64,000 nucleotides of DNA from assembly GCA_018238155.1 (NCBI GenBank), contig JABCTZ010000017.1, positions 96,001 through 160,000 of the forward strand, given 5' to 3'. This document shows, in pieces, positions 30,047-39,301 of the stretch (position 1 is the stretch's first letter; each line of letters begins with the position of its first letter). The notes below the pieces were generated by a model, which did not search any database, was not told the origin of the DNA, and saw nothing but the letters and a program-made list of their open reading frames with translations. This DNA is from Candidatus Heimdallarchaeota archaeon. GTDB taxonomy: Archaea > Asgardarchaeota > Heimdallarchaeia > JABLTI01. The position numbers were made by a program, and so were the translations under genes.

Positions 30047-30979
30047 ATGTCATTCGGTAAAAATACTAGCAAACTAACATACCTCCTTATTACATTAATT
30101 TTTGTTGGAACAGGTTTTGGTGTCTTTATTGGTTGGATTGCTTTTAATGATGGAAACGGTGGAGATACATATATCTTAAATGTTCAAGGCTCCACCACAG
30201 TAGAAAAAATATGTACCTTGTCTGCAGTTCCTTTTATGGAAGCTCATCCTAGTGTTCAAGTAACGATTTCAGGTACAGGCTCGGGAACAGGAATTGGTAC
30301 ACTTATCAATAGTCAATGTGACATTGCAATGGCTTCCAGAACAGTAAAATCAACTGAAAATGATACCGCACATACAAGTACAGGTGTTTGGTTGAGACAA
30401 TTTACAATTGCAAAAGATGGATTGGCGATAATTATTAATGACGACGTTACTAGCATTTTAGATCTCAGTGAAGATACAATCAAGGCAATTTTTAACGGCA
30501 CAATTTCTAATTGGAGTGATACAGCTTTACCAGATGTAGGTTTATCCAGTGAAATTCAAGTAGTGGTTAGAGAAGAAGGATCTGGTACAAGAGATACCTT
30601 CAATGAATTAATAATGGGTGATGCAGATCAAGAATTCGCAGACAGTCAATATGTTGGCGATGCTTTGCCTATGACTAGTAATCAGATGATTTTCGATGAA
30701 GTAAATACTAACCCCCAAGCAATCGGTTATGTTGGACTTGGGTATCTTGGTGACGGCGTTGAATCAGTACATGTAGATGGCGTTGAACCAACTTTTGAAA
30801 CAGTAGTAGATGCAACATATTCTATTCAAAGAGAACTTTACCTAGTAACTTTAGGTGACCCTGAAGTTGGGTCATTAATATGTGAATATGTGAATTGGCA
30901 TTTCAGCCCAGACGGACAATATTTTGTCTTTGATTCTGGGTTCATAAATATCTTACCTAGACGAGACAATCTAATATAG
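30047..30979 (+). CDS. pstS: Phosphate ABC transporter substrate-binding protein (copy 1)
   Basis: N-terminal TM, GSTTV, GTGSGTGI, MASR, REEGSGTR, AIGYVGLGY; start set at MSFGK by alignment with copy 2. Confidence 0.95.
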   Translation: MSFGKNTSKLTYLLITLIFVGTGFGVFIGWIAFNDGNGGDTYILNVQGSTTVEKICTLSAVPFMEAHPSVQVTISGTGSGTGIGTLINSQCDIAMASRTVKSTENDTAHTSTGVWLRQFTIAKDGLAIIINDDVTSILDLSEDTIKAIFNGTISNWSDTALPDVGLSSEIQVVVREEGSGTRDTFNELIMGDADQEFADSQYVGDALPMTSNQMIFDEVNTNPQAIGYVGLGYLGDGVESVHVDGVEPTFETVVDATYSIQRELYLVTLGDPEVGSLICEYVNWHFSPDGQYFVFDSGFINILPRRDNLI

Positions 30980-30987
30980 GTGAAGAA

Positions 30988-31023
30988 GTTAGGAGATTTT
31001 TTCTCCTAACAATTCTATTTTTC
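30988..31023. terminator. Hairpin between convergent pstS1 and regulator
   Basis: GTTAGGAGA-TTTTT-TCTCCTAAC 9-bp stem followed by a T-rich tract. Confidence 0.6.
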
Positions 31024-31048
31024 ATTAATAAATAAAAAAATACTTTTT

Positions 31049-32053
31049 TTAATGTGCTCTATCAATTGCCATTTCAGCAATGTCTAAACCATAACCACAG
31101 ATTCTATCCAAGTGCCTTTCAACAAGTTGGATTTGCATTTCCACATCGAAATCTGGTGCTCTTTGTCTTGTTAGCTTCTCAGTTTCAAGTTTAGCTTGTA
31201 ATTCTTCAAATAATTTAATTGCTTTGAATGCTAATTTCAATTTATTTCCAAGAAAACTCTGTATTGCTAATGTATGAATTTCAACAGCTTGTTTTGAATA
31301 ATCTAATAAATATTTTTTAGTACCTTCGTCATCTATTATTTTATCCTGCAACGCAAGGCAACTTTTAGCGATACTTTCACAATGATCAGCAATCTTTTCT
31401 AAAGACTTTGCAACAGGATAAATATACAAAACTTCTTGAGGTTTGATATTCATTTCTTTTAGAATAGTTGGATTTTCTAAGGCTGAAGAAATCTCTCTTC
31501 TAATTAGGAAATAGAGTCTATCTACAGCATTTTCTCTTTCGAAAACATCTCGTGCGCTCTCTTTATCTGATGTCACAAATGCTTCTACAGCTACAACTTG
31601 CATGTTTCTAGCAATTAAGTGTCCTCTTCTTAATGCCTTGTCAATTGGAAATTCTCCATGGATTGCTAAATCTCGAATCTCTACTTCTTGAAATTCTTCG
31701 GAAATAATTTCACTTCCAATAAGCTTCGATACTGTAGAAGAAATAGCTTTACTTGTTTTCGGAGAAATATTACTCTTAGATTTAATAATAATCTTGGAAA
31801 AACCCGCAAGATATTTCGAAATAATGATCTTTTCCAGTAAACTGGTTTCACCTATAACATCGATATCAATAGTCACCTCTCTTTCTCTTTTGGGTGTCAA
31901 TGAGTTTTTCGATAAAAGTAGTGTTCCATCATTTTGTTCTAAAATAGATAATTCATCTCCTTGAGTTAAATTCAATTTTGTAACCCAATCTCGAGGAAGA
32001 CTTATGGTGTAGGTTGATTTTCCAGTAAGTTGTATTTTTCGTTTTACTGACAT
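31049..32053 (-). CDS. Archaeal phosphate uptake regulator (AbrB DNA-binding domain + PhoU repeats)
   Basis: RKIQLTGKSTYTISLPRDWV (AbrB), ENAVDRLYFL, LEKIADHCESIA. Confidence 0.93.
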   Translation of the reverse strand: MSVKRKIQLTGKSTYTISLPRDWVTKLNLTQGDELSILEQNDGTLLLSKNSLTPKREREVTIDIDVIGETSLLEKIIISKYLAGFSKIIIKSKSNISPKTSKAISSTVSKLIGSEIISEEFQEVEIRDLAIHGEFPIDKALRRGHLIARNMQVVAVEAFVTSDKESARDVFERENAVDRLYFLIRREISSALENPTILKEMNIKPQEVLYIYPVAKSLEKIADHCESIAKSCLALQDKIIDDEGTKKYLLDYSKQAVEIHTLAIQSFLGNKLKLAFKAIKLFEELQAKLETEKLTRQRAPDFDVEMQIQLVERHLDRICGYGLDIAEMAIDRAH

Positions 32054-32074
32054 TTTACATCCCAATATGTGCGT

Positions 32075-32222
32075 GTCTATATATTGTTATTTGAAAACTA
32101 TTTTCAATTATATATTAATAGACATGAACTATATATATTAAATCCTATCTATATAGATGCCATGGAACTATATTCAACTATTGTTAAGTAAATAGACTAT
32201 ACACAGAAATATTATTTTAACC
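32075..32222. promoter_or_regulatory. Divergent promoter region (regulator / pstS2-pstC-pstA) with phased CTAT array
   Basis: CTAT at 32077, 32098, 32129, 32149, 32168, 32178, 32197; TCTATATAGA palindrome; conserved with the pstS1 upstream region. Confidence 0.6.
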
Positions 32223-32274
32223 GTTTACTTTATGTGGAGTACTCAAAATTAAATCTAATCGGTGAAAAGCTGTA

Positions 32275-33207
32275 ATGTCATTTGGTAAATACAAGAATAA
32301 AGTAACATATATTCTAATTGCATTAATCTTTGTAGGAACTGGATTCGGTTTCCTTGTGGGGTGGCTTGCGTTTAATAGTGGTGGTGGAGGTGAAACACAT
32401 ATACTAAATATTCAAGGGTCTACTACAGTAGAAAAAGTATGTACCCTATCTGCTATTCCTTTTATGGGTGCACATCCGAGTATTCAGCTTACCGTTTCTG
32501 GTACAGGATCTGGGGCAGGAATTGGAACCCTTATTAATGGTCAATGTGATGTCGCAATGTCTTCTCGAGCAGTGAAGTCTGCTGAAAATGAAACCGCTCA
32601 TACAAGAACAGGCATCTGGTTGCGCCAATTTGCAGTTGCTAAAGACGGGCTGGCACTTATCGTTAATAATGATGCTACTAGCACTTTAGATCTTAGTGTT
32701 GATATAATCAAGGCAATTTTTAACGGCACAATTTCTAATTGGAATGATATATCTTTGCCAGATATAGGTTTTTCAGGTGAAATTCAAGTAGTCGTTAGAG
32801 AAGAAGGTTCAGGAACAAGAGATGCATTCAATAGTTTGATTATGGGTGATGAAGACCAAGAATTTCCAGATAGTCAATACGTTGGTGATGCTTTGCCTAT
32901 GACCAGTAATCAGATGATATTTGATGAAGTTAATACCAACCCTCAAGCAATTGGTTATGTTGGACTTGGATATCTTGGTGAAGGTGTTGAAACTGTGTAT
33001 GTAGATGGAGTAGAACCTACAGTCGAATCAATTATTGATTTAACCTATTTAATTCAGAGAGAACTTTATTTAGTGACGCTTGGTACTCCAGAACCTGATT
33101 CCCTAACTTGGGAATACATAAATTGGCACTTTAGCCCAGAAGGACAGTATTATGTCTTTGAATCTGGTTTTATCAATGTTCGAGATAAACGAGATAATGG
33201 TATATAA
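32275..33207 (+). CDS. pstS: Phosphate ABC transporter substrate-binding protein (copy 2)
   Basis: Same motifs as copy 1; collinear paralogue. Confidence 0.95.
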   Translation: MSFGKYKNKVTYILIALIFVGTGFGFLVGWLAFNSGGGGETHILNIQGSTTVEKVCTLSAIPFMGAHPSIQLTVSGTGSGAGIGTLINGQCDVAMSSRAVKSAENETAHTRTGIWLRQFAVAKDGLALIVNNDATSTLDLSVDIIKAIFNGTISNWNDISLPDIGFSGEIQVVVREEGSGTRDAFNSLIMGDEDQEFPDSQYVGDALPMTSNQMIFDEVNTNPQAIGYVGLGYLGEGVETVYVDGVEPTVESIIDLTYLIQRELYLVTLGTPEPDSLTWEYINWHFSPEGQYYVFESGFINVRDKRDNGI

Positions 33208-33231
33208 GAAAAAAGCCTCGAGGTATTTTGA

Positions 33232-34212
33232 TTGTCTGAAAAAACTAGCTCATTGGTTAACATGAATGAAAATGATACGAATGAAGATGGACTCAATTCA
33301 ATCCTTGATGTGAATAGAGTACTTGCCATTGGTATACATAAAACTTCATGGCAACAAGTAATACTATTGCTCGCAGCAAGTTTATCCGTTATAATTGTGT
33401 TTCTAATCTTTATTTTCACGTTCATAAATGGTTTTCAAATAATACCTGAATATGGTCTTTTTAAGTTCCTATTTGGTGATTTTTGGAATCCTGATATTGA
33501 ATTTGGCATTTTTCCTATGATTCTCGGGAGCTTTCTAGTTGTTCTAATTGCACTTGTTATTGCTGTTCCAGTAGGTGTTTCATGTGCTGTGTATCTTTCT
33601 GAACTAGCACCTGAAATTGTCCGAAAAATAATGAAACCAACAATTGAATTATTAGCAAGCATACCCTCTATCGTTTACGGATTCATTGCTTTGAGAACAA
33701 TAGTTCTATTTTTCCAAGACGTTTTAGGATTTAAAACTGGACGGACTGCTTTTACCGCCGGATTGGTTTTATCTATTATGATTCTCCCAACGATTATTTC
33801 AATTGCTGATGATGCAATTAAAGCTGTTCCACAAAGATACCGAGAAGGGTCTCTTGCACTTGGAGCAACACAGTGGCAAACTATCCGTAAGGTGATACTA
33901 CCTGCTTCTGTTTCTGGTTTGACTGCGGCAATTATTCTTGGATTTGGTCGAGCAATCGGGGAAACGATGGCTATCTACATTATTGGTGGTGGTGCAACAG
34001 CGCTTCCTAAACCATTTTTCAATATCTTTCAACCAATAGATACTCTAACTTCTCTCATTGTTCGAGAATTGGGTGAAGCAGCTGTAGGTTCAACAGAATA
34101 TCACGCAATTTTCGGTGTTGCTTGTGTACTATTTGTAATTACATTTGTAGTAAATCTAATCGGTGATATAATCATAAAACGATTTGCAAAGAAATTAAAG
34201 GGTGGATCATAA
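33232..34212 (+). CDS. pstC: Phosphate ABC transporter permease PstC
   Basis: ELLASIPSIVYG, EGSLALGATQWQTI, GRAIGETMA. Confidence 0.96.
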   Translation: MSEKTSSLVNMNENDTNEDGLNSILDVNRVLAIGIHKTSWQQVILLLAASLSVIIVFLIFIFTFINGFQIIPEYGLFKFLFGDFWNPDIEFGIFPMILGSFLVVLIALVIAVPVGVSCAVYLSELAPEIVRKIMKPTIELLASIPSIVYGFIALRTIVLFFQDVLGFKTGRTAFTAGLVLSIMILPTIISIADDAIKAVPQRYREGSLALGATQWQTIRKVILPASVSGLTAAIILGFGRAIGETMAIYIIGGGATALPKPFFNIFQPIDTLTSLIVRELGEAAVGSTEYHAIFGVACVLFVITFVVNLIGDIIIKRFAKKLKGGS

Positions 34213-35153
34213 TGAATGACAATGTACAGAAAATTGATCATCAACCATCAGCAGTAGAGAAGCAATCATTTGATGAGCTACCTCGCAGAAAACGCATTCT
34301 CTCTCCCAAACAAGGACAAAAAACTGCTTATGTAATGCTAGTGTCATCCGCAGTATTCATCTTTCTTGTAATTGCAGTATTCTTGGGCTACATCATAGTA
34401 AATGGTTTGGCAAATTTTAGTTTTAGATTAGTATTCTCACCTTTTAACCCCACAACCGATCAGTATGGAATAGGTCCAGCTATTTTGGGGACATTCATTT
34501 TGGTATTGGGTTCAGTAGCAATTGCATTACCATTAGGTATTCTTGCAGCAATCTATCTTACAGAATATACTAAGGAGGGTGTAATTGTAAATATCATTGA
34601 TCAGGGAATAAACAATCTTGCAGGAGTGCCATCGGTCGTTATCGGTATTTTTGGTTATACATTCTTTAGCATTTTCTTGAAAATAGGTCAGTCAATAATA
34701 GCCGGATGGTTAACCTTGGCTTGTATGCTGTTACCAACAATAATTAGAACCTCTCAAGAAGCACTAAAAAGTGTACCACATGAATACAGAGAAGGCAGTC
34801 TAGCTTTAGGAATAACAAAGTGGCGGACAATAAGGTATGTTGTTCTTCCTTCAGCGTTGCCTGGGATTTTAACTGGTGCTATTTTATCTTTAGGGCGAGC
34901 TGCTGGAGAGACTGCCGCAATTCTATTCGTTGGTTCTGGAGCACTGTTCCTAAAATGGTTCGGTGGTTTCACTGGAACCTTTACCACTCTACCTTACATG
35001 ATTTTGCATTTGTATCGCTCGAGTGGAGGATGGGAGCAGGTTGGGTCTGTTATGTGGCTTATTGCTTTTGTATTAATGCTTGTAGTATTTGGCTTCAATG
35101 CTGTTGCTATGATTGTTCGAAGTAAATTTGAGAAGAAACGTTCTGGAAATTAG
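34212..35153 (+). CDS. pstA: Phosphate ABC transporter permease PstA
   Basis: NLAGVPSVVIG, EGSLALGITKWRTI, GRAAGETAA; TAATG overlap with pstC. Confidence 0.96.
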   Translation: MNDNVQKIDHQPSAVEKQSFDELPRRKRILSPKQGQKTAYVMLVSSAVFIFLVIAVFLGYIIVNGLANFSFRLVFSPFNPTTDQYGIGPAILGTFILVLGSVAIALPLGILAAIYLTEYTKEGVIVNIIDQGINNLAGVPSVVIGIFGYTFFSIFLKIGQSIIAGWLTLACMLLPTIIRTSQEALKSVPHEYREGSLALGITKWRTIRYVVLPSALPGILTGAILSLGRAAGETAAILFVGSGALFLKWFGGFTGTFTTLPYMILHLYRSSGGWEQVGSVMWLIAFVLMLVVFGFNAVAMIVRSKFEKKRSGN

Positions 35154-35258
35154 CTTTTATTCTAATCTCCATTGATTGCTTTTTAGATGGTCTGTCTACT
35201 TTTAGCAGCATTTCTTATAAAAAAAATAATACCAATGAAAAGTATCCTCTTAGTGAAT

Positions 35259-35954
35259 TTATTCTTCGGTGACATTTTCATCAGATTTAACATCAGCTTC
35301 TTCATCTTTAATGAGATATTTGTGGTTATAACTGAAGGTCTTAATAATATGAACGATTTTTTCTCCAACGGCTATCATTTCTCGTAATGATTTATTCAGT
35401 GCATTACCAATAAACACTTCTGGTTCTTCAAATGAGATTTCACAGACACCATCTTGGTCGCAGAATTTAAACTCAAATAATCCATCAATGATTTCGTTAC
35501 AAATGATATTTAGCTCGTCAACTTTCTCTAATGAGTCATTATAGTTGCGATATAGTTCCTTTATTGCTTCATACAATAATTTCCCTGCTTTGGAAACTTC
35601 TTTGAGAATGATCACAAGTTTTTCATATGTTGGTTTCTTCATATCGTTAACGTGTGTATTCATAACTTCTCTGATTTCCTTACTATGAGTAGAAACAGCA
35701 TTGATTCTCTCAAATAGTTGAAACTTCTCAATTTCTATCTTAGTATCAACTTCTCCTTCCTTCATTAATTTTAACAATTCTCCACGGATACCCTTTTCTT
35801 CTATTTCAAGAATATCAAGCGTGAGACAATGAATTTTAGTATTACATTCCACATATAAAGACTCAAAATATTTGCTTGGTATGAAGGATAATTGAATTAT
35901 TTTTTCTTCTATTCTTCTTTGTATAGTTCTAAATCCAAGTAATCTTCTGAACAT
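35259..35954 (-). CDS. Divergent DUF47/PhoU-like helical protein
   Basis: All-helical, similar size to the DUF47 gene at 37005 and directly downstream of PiT; motifs are degenerate. Confidence 0.55.
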   Translation of the reverse strand: MFRRLLGFRTIQRRIEEKIIQLSFIPSKYFESLYVECNTKIHCLTLDILEIEEKGIRGELLKLMKEGEVDTKIEIEKFQLFERINAVSTHSKEIREVMNTHVNDMKKPTYEKLVIILKEVSKAGKLLYEAIKELYRNYNDSLEKVDELNIICNEIIDGLFEFKFCDQDGVCEISFEEPEVFIGNALNKSLREMIAVGEKIVHIIKTFSYNHKYLIKDEEADVKSDENVTEE

Positions 35955-35956
35955 TC

Positions 35957-36955
35957 TTAGAACAACCCCCGGATTGCATAAAAGCATCCTACTGCAATTA
36001 GACCACTAATAATTGGTGTCAAAATAACAAAGAGAACGATCAATCTCACCGTTTTATAATTGAGTGGTTTATTCATACCTACCCCCGCACCCATGAAACT
36101 GGAAACTAAGACCATCGTTCCCGATACAGGTATGCCGATTATTACTGCAAAGAATACAACAACAGCTGCAGAACCTTCTGTAACAAAAGCTGATTCAGGA
36201 GTCAATTCTACAACATCATTTCCTAGTGTTTTCAAGACTCTCCAACCAATGATAATTAATCCTAAACCTAAGCCTACTCCTCCAATTAATAATGGCAGTC
36301 TTTCATACCAATATCCTCCTCCTCCAAAAAGTGGAACAATAGGTGCAATAGCGTTATTGATATCATTTCCTGCACGAGATAATCCTGTCCAAACAACCAT
36401 AACTAACAGCAAAACACCAAATACGTTATTGGCGGATTCATGTTGTCTGAAACTTTTAACGGTCCTACCTAGAATTACTCTAACAAATTTCATTATAAGA
36501 AAAGATATCGTGAACCCAATAATTGGAGATATTAACCAAGTTATTAAGACTTTACCCATACCTGTCATGCTCCAATCTACTTTGTATCCTAAAGCAAATG
36601 ACAGACCAATAATTGACCCAACCAATGCTTCAGTAGATGAAATAGGCAAACCGAATACTGAGGCAAGAATTAAGCTAATTGCCATAGCAACATATATTGA
36701 TATTAAAATCGGGTATTGATTGACCTCATCAATAAATAATTGTGGAGAAATATCATCACGCAATGTTTTACCCACTTGATCTGATAGGAAAAATCCACCA
36801 ATAATTGCTATGACAGCACCCATTAACACTGCCGTCTTAACTGAAAGTCTCTTTACTCCTACAACTGAAGCAAACGTTTCATCATTAGCACCAATTGCAA
36901 ACGCTAATAGCAGAGAGATTATTATTAGGACAATTAACATTACGACGCTTACCAT
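35957..36955 (-). CDS. Inorganic phosphate transporter (PiT family)
   Basis: GANDET, GLPISST, AGNDINNAIAP, GIPVSGT signature motifs. Confidence 0.92.
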   Translation of the reverse strand: MVSVVMLIVLIIISLLLAFAIGANDETFASVVGVKRLSVKTAVLMGAVIAIIGGFFLSDQVGKTLRDDISPQLFIDEVNQYPILISIYVAMAISLILASVFGLPISSTEALVGSIIGLSFALGYKVDWSMTGMGKVLITWLISPIIGFTISFLIMKFVRVILGRTVKSFRQHESANNVFGVLLLVMVVWTGLSRAGNDINNAIAPIVPLFGGGGYWYERLPLLIGGVGLGLGLIIIGWRVLKTLGNDVVELTPESAFVTEGSAAVVVFFAVIIGIPVSGTMVLVSSFMGAGVGMNKPLNYKTVRLIVLFVILTPIISGLIAVGCFYAIRGLF

Positions 36956-37004
36956 TTGAACAACCCAAGATTTCTGATTAACTGCTAGTGATAGATGTCA
37001 TAGT

Positions 37005-37679
37005 CTATATCTCACTAATGACGATGGAACGTAACACATCTGAGGCATCTTCAACAGCATTTGCCGCTTTTTCAATATCTCTCATTGCATGGTCAAAAAT
37101 TATTAAACCACCGAAATTATCGTTATGTTTGCTATAATCGAAATAATGGCTTTTTAATCTTGTATATAATCCATCGACTTGATGTTCTAAGAAACTAATC
37201 TCTGTTGTAATATCAACTGTACGATGAATGTCATTTCGATAAACAGATAATGCTTCAGCTAATTTCTCTGTAGCCATATTTACAATTTCAACAGCCTTTT
37301 CAATATCATCAAAAATATGTTCTGATAGTTTTACTTTATGAAGAATAAGCGCATTTATACCTGCTCTTTTTGCAAAGTTAGCTATTTCATCAGCTCTCTT
37401 AATAAAAGTCAGTATATTTGATCTAAGCTTTGTTTTGAGCGTACCTCTAGTAAGCTCTAACCACATTTCAGATAACAATTTATCAGCAGCGTTTTCTTCA
37501 GCAGACATATTTCCAACTTCACGTTCTAGATTTGAAAAATCTCCTTTTCGCCAAGCTGTTACTGCTCGCATTAATGACTTAGTAACTAATTGTACTCGTG
37601 ATAAATGAGCTATCATTTTACCTTGGATTTCATCTTCTGCACGTTTTCTAAGAAAACCACTTATTCTTGTTCTTCCCAT
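37005..37679 (-). CDS. DUF47 family Pit accessory protein
   Basis: EENAADKL, ADEIAN, LEHQVDGL, ANAVEDASD; upstream of PiT. Confidence 0.9.
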   Translation of the reverse strand: MGRTRISGFLRKRAEDEIQGKMIAHLSRVQLVTKSLMRAVTAWRKGDFSNLEREVGNMSAEENAADKLLSEMWLELTRGTLKTKLRSNILTFIKRADEIANFAKRAGINALILHKVKLSEHIFDDIEKAVEIVNMATEKLAEALSVYRNDIHRTVDITTEISFLEHQVDGLYTRLKSHYFDYSKHNDNFGGLIIFDHAMRDIEKAANAVEDASDVLRSIVISEI

Positions 37680-37837
37680 TATGTTTTACCACCAAACATT
37701 TGATTGCCGTATACTTTGATTTTAGCTACAACAATTACAACTAAATAAAAAAGTTCCCATTAAGTTTCAGAACAAAATTTAGTTACTTGCCGCTAAATCC
37801 TTCTTTGTGATAATGGAAAATGTTGAATAATTAAATT

Positions 37838-37864
37838 AAAAAAAGAGAAGAGGAAAGCCCTCTT
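37838..37864 (-). terminator. Hairpin + U-tract terminator
   Basis: AAGAGG/CCTCTT stem just after the stop of the 37871 gene, then CTCTTTTTTT on the minus strand. Confidence 0.55.
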
Positions 37865-37870
37865 AAATTT

Positions 37871-39115
37871 CTAGAGACCATTCGGGCTGGTACCTATTGG
37901 TGAAGTAGAAATACTAAATTCAATACAATAACGACAGCTACCAACATCCAAGTAGTACCACCACCACCAACCAGTATTTACAAAATCTAACATTGAATCT
38001 GACCAATAGTTAAATGCTGGAAATTGATCATCCCTATCTGGCCAGGAATCATCTTCCCAAGCTTGGACATTAATTTTCAATGGATGTGTTTTAGGAATTA
38101 GTACGCTTGCCATTGTTTTCTTCCAATAAATGTATCCTCTTCCATTGCGTTTTGTGATACCATGGAAGCTTTTTGTGACATATCCAGAACCACCCCAACC
38201 GTCACCAACATACCATTTCATGTACATTTCACCAGCACCTTTAGGCCAAGGATCGGAATCTGTTTCATAGTAAACACCTACTAGATTAATTTCAACATAA
38301 TAGCAATCTTCTGCACTCCAATCACTTGTTGTAATAACGTAAGTATTACTGTCTTCATAGAGATCTGATGGTGAAATTCCATAAGCAGTTGTCCAAGACC
38401 AACTGTTACCATCTGGATCGAGATCAATGCCAAATAAGTCCTTGTAAGCAGCCCAAGCAAGCTCAGAGCAATACCAACCGTCTACTCCTGAGAGTCTATT
38501 TGTACTGTCAATTTGTTTAGAAGTCCAACCCCAATCGTAGTTTGGACCAACTGGATTGCCATCAGTTCCACCTGCAAGTTTTGATTTACACCAATCAACT
38601 GCTTGTTGTCTTTGAGCATTGTTAACTCCACTTACTCTAAGAGCTACTGCAGTATCTGCATGTTCATTAACACCTGTTAACCATGTTGAGTATCCTAATC
38701 CATTTCCTGCGTTGTCGCTTTTTGTTGAGTGAATAACGTACGGAGTGCTTGCTGCCATCCATTCGTGATTGTCTCTATCCCAAATATATTGACCTGATTG
38801 TACAAATCCACAAAAAATTTCGGTATGAGAAAATTCTCCGGGAATGAGATAATCAAAAAATGTTCCCGCAGTTCCTAATACAATAATATCTCCTGGGACA
38901 AGTCCATTATAATTGAGGCTATTCATGCCATCGTTAGCAAAAGTAGGAGTATATTCTATTTGGTTTTCTTTAGCAAAATCCTCTACTTGGTTGTCTTCAT
39001 CATCAAACGTTTCAACATCTGTCATGCTTGTTCCTGTGATAGTTGTACCAACAAACATTAGAGATGCACTAAAAAGCAATATTAAACATATTGCACTAAG
39101 TTTTCCTCTTGTCAT
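37871..39115 (-). CDS. Secreted permuted papain-like NlpC/P60 (YiiX/YebB-like) enzyme with C-terminal C2-like domain
   Basis: Signal peptide; PGDII...PGEFSHTEIF (His before Cys); WYCSELAWAAYK...GIDLD; ISPSDL; C-terminal DSDPWP...LKINVQAWEDDSWPDRDD. Confidence 0.82.
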   Translation of the reverse strand: MTRGKLSAICLILLFSASLMFVGTTITGTSMTDVETFDDEDNQVEDFAKENQIEYTPTFANDGMNSLNYNGLVPGDIIVLGTAGTFFDYLIPGEFSHTEIFCGFVQSGQYIWDRDNHEWMAASTPYVIHSTKSDNAGNGLGYSTWLTGVNEHADTAVALRVSGVNNAQRQQAVDWCKSKLAGGTDGNPVGPNYDWGWTSKQIDSTNRLSGVDGWYCSELAWAAYKDLFGIDLDPDGNSWSWTTAYGISPSDLYEDSNTYVITTSDWSAEDCYYVEINLVGVYYETDSDPWPKGAGEMYMKWYVGDGWGGSGYVTKSFHGITKRNGRGYIYWKKTMASVLIPKTHPLKINVQAWEDDSWPDRDDQFPAFNYWSDSMLDFVNTGWWWWYYLDVGSCRYCIEFSISTSPIGTSPNGL

Positions 39116-39301
39116 AACTTTAACACCCTATATGCGATTCTAAAGTTAAGAGATGTTTAGCTTTAAACATAACCAAAAATATTCTTAGCTTTTACGGTAA
39201 AAACAAAAGCCATTTTTGTCGTCAAGATAATTGTTTTCTTCAGAAGTTTTTTATAGGAATTCTCTTCTCAATCAATTTATCTTTGAGTATGTTGTGAGAT
39301 T

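Noticed and set aside
36060-36719. Long antisense ORFs such as 36060-36719, 55239-55775, 13516-13959 and 7455-7892
   Set aside because: Shadow ORFs on the opposite strand of well-supported genes
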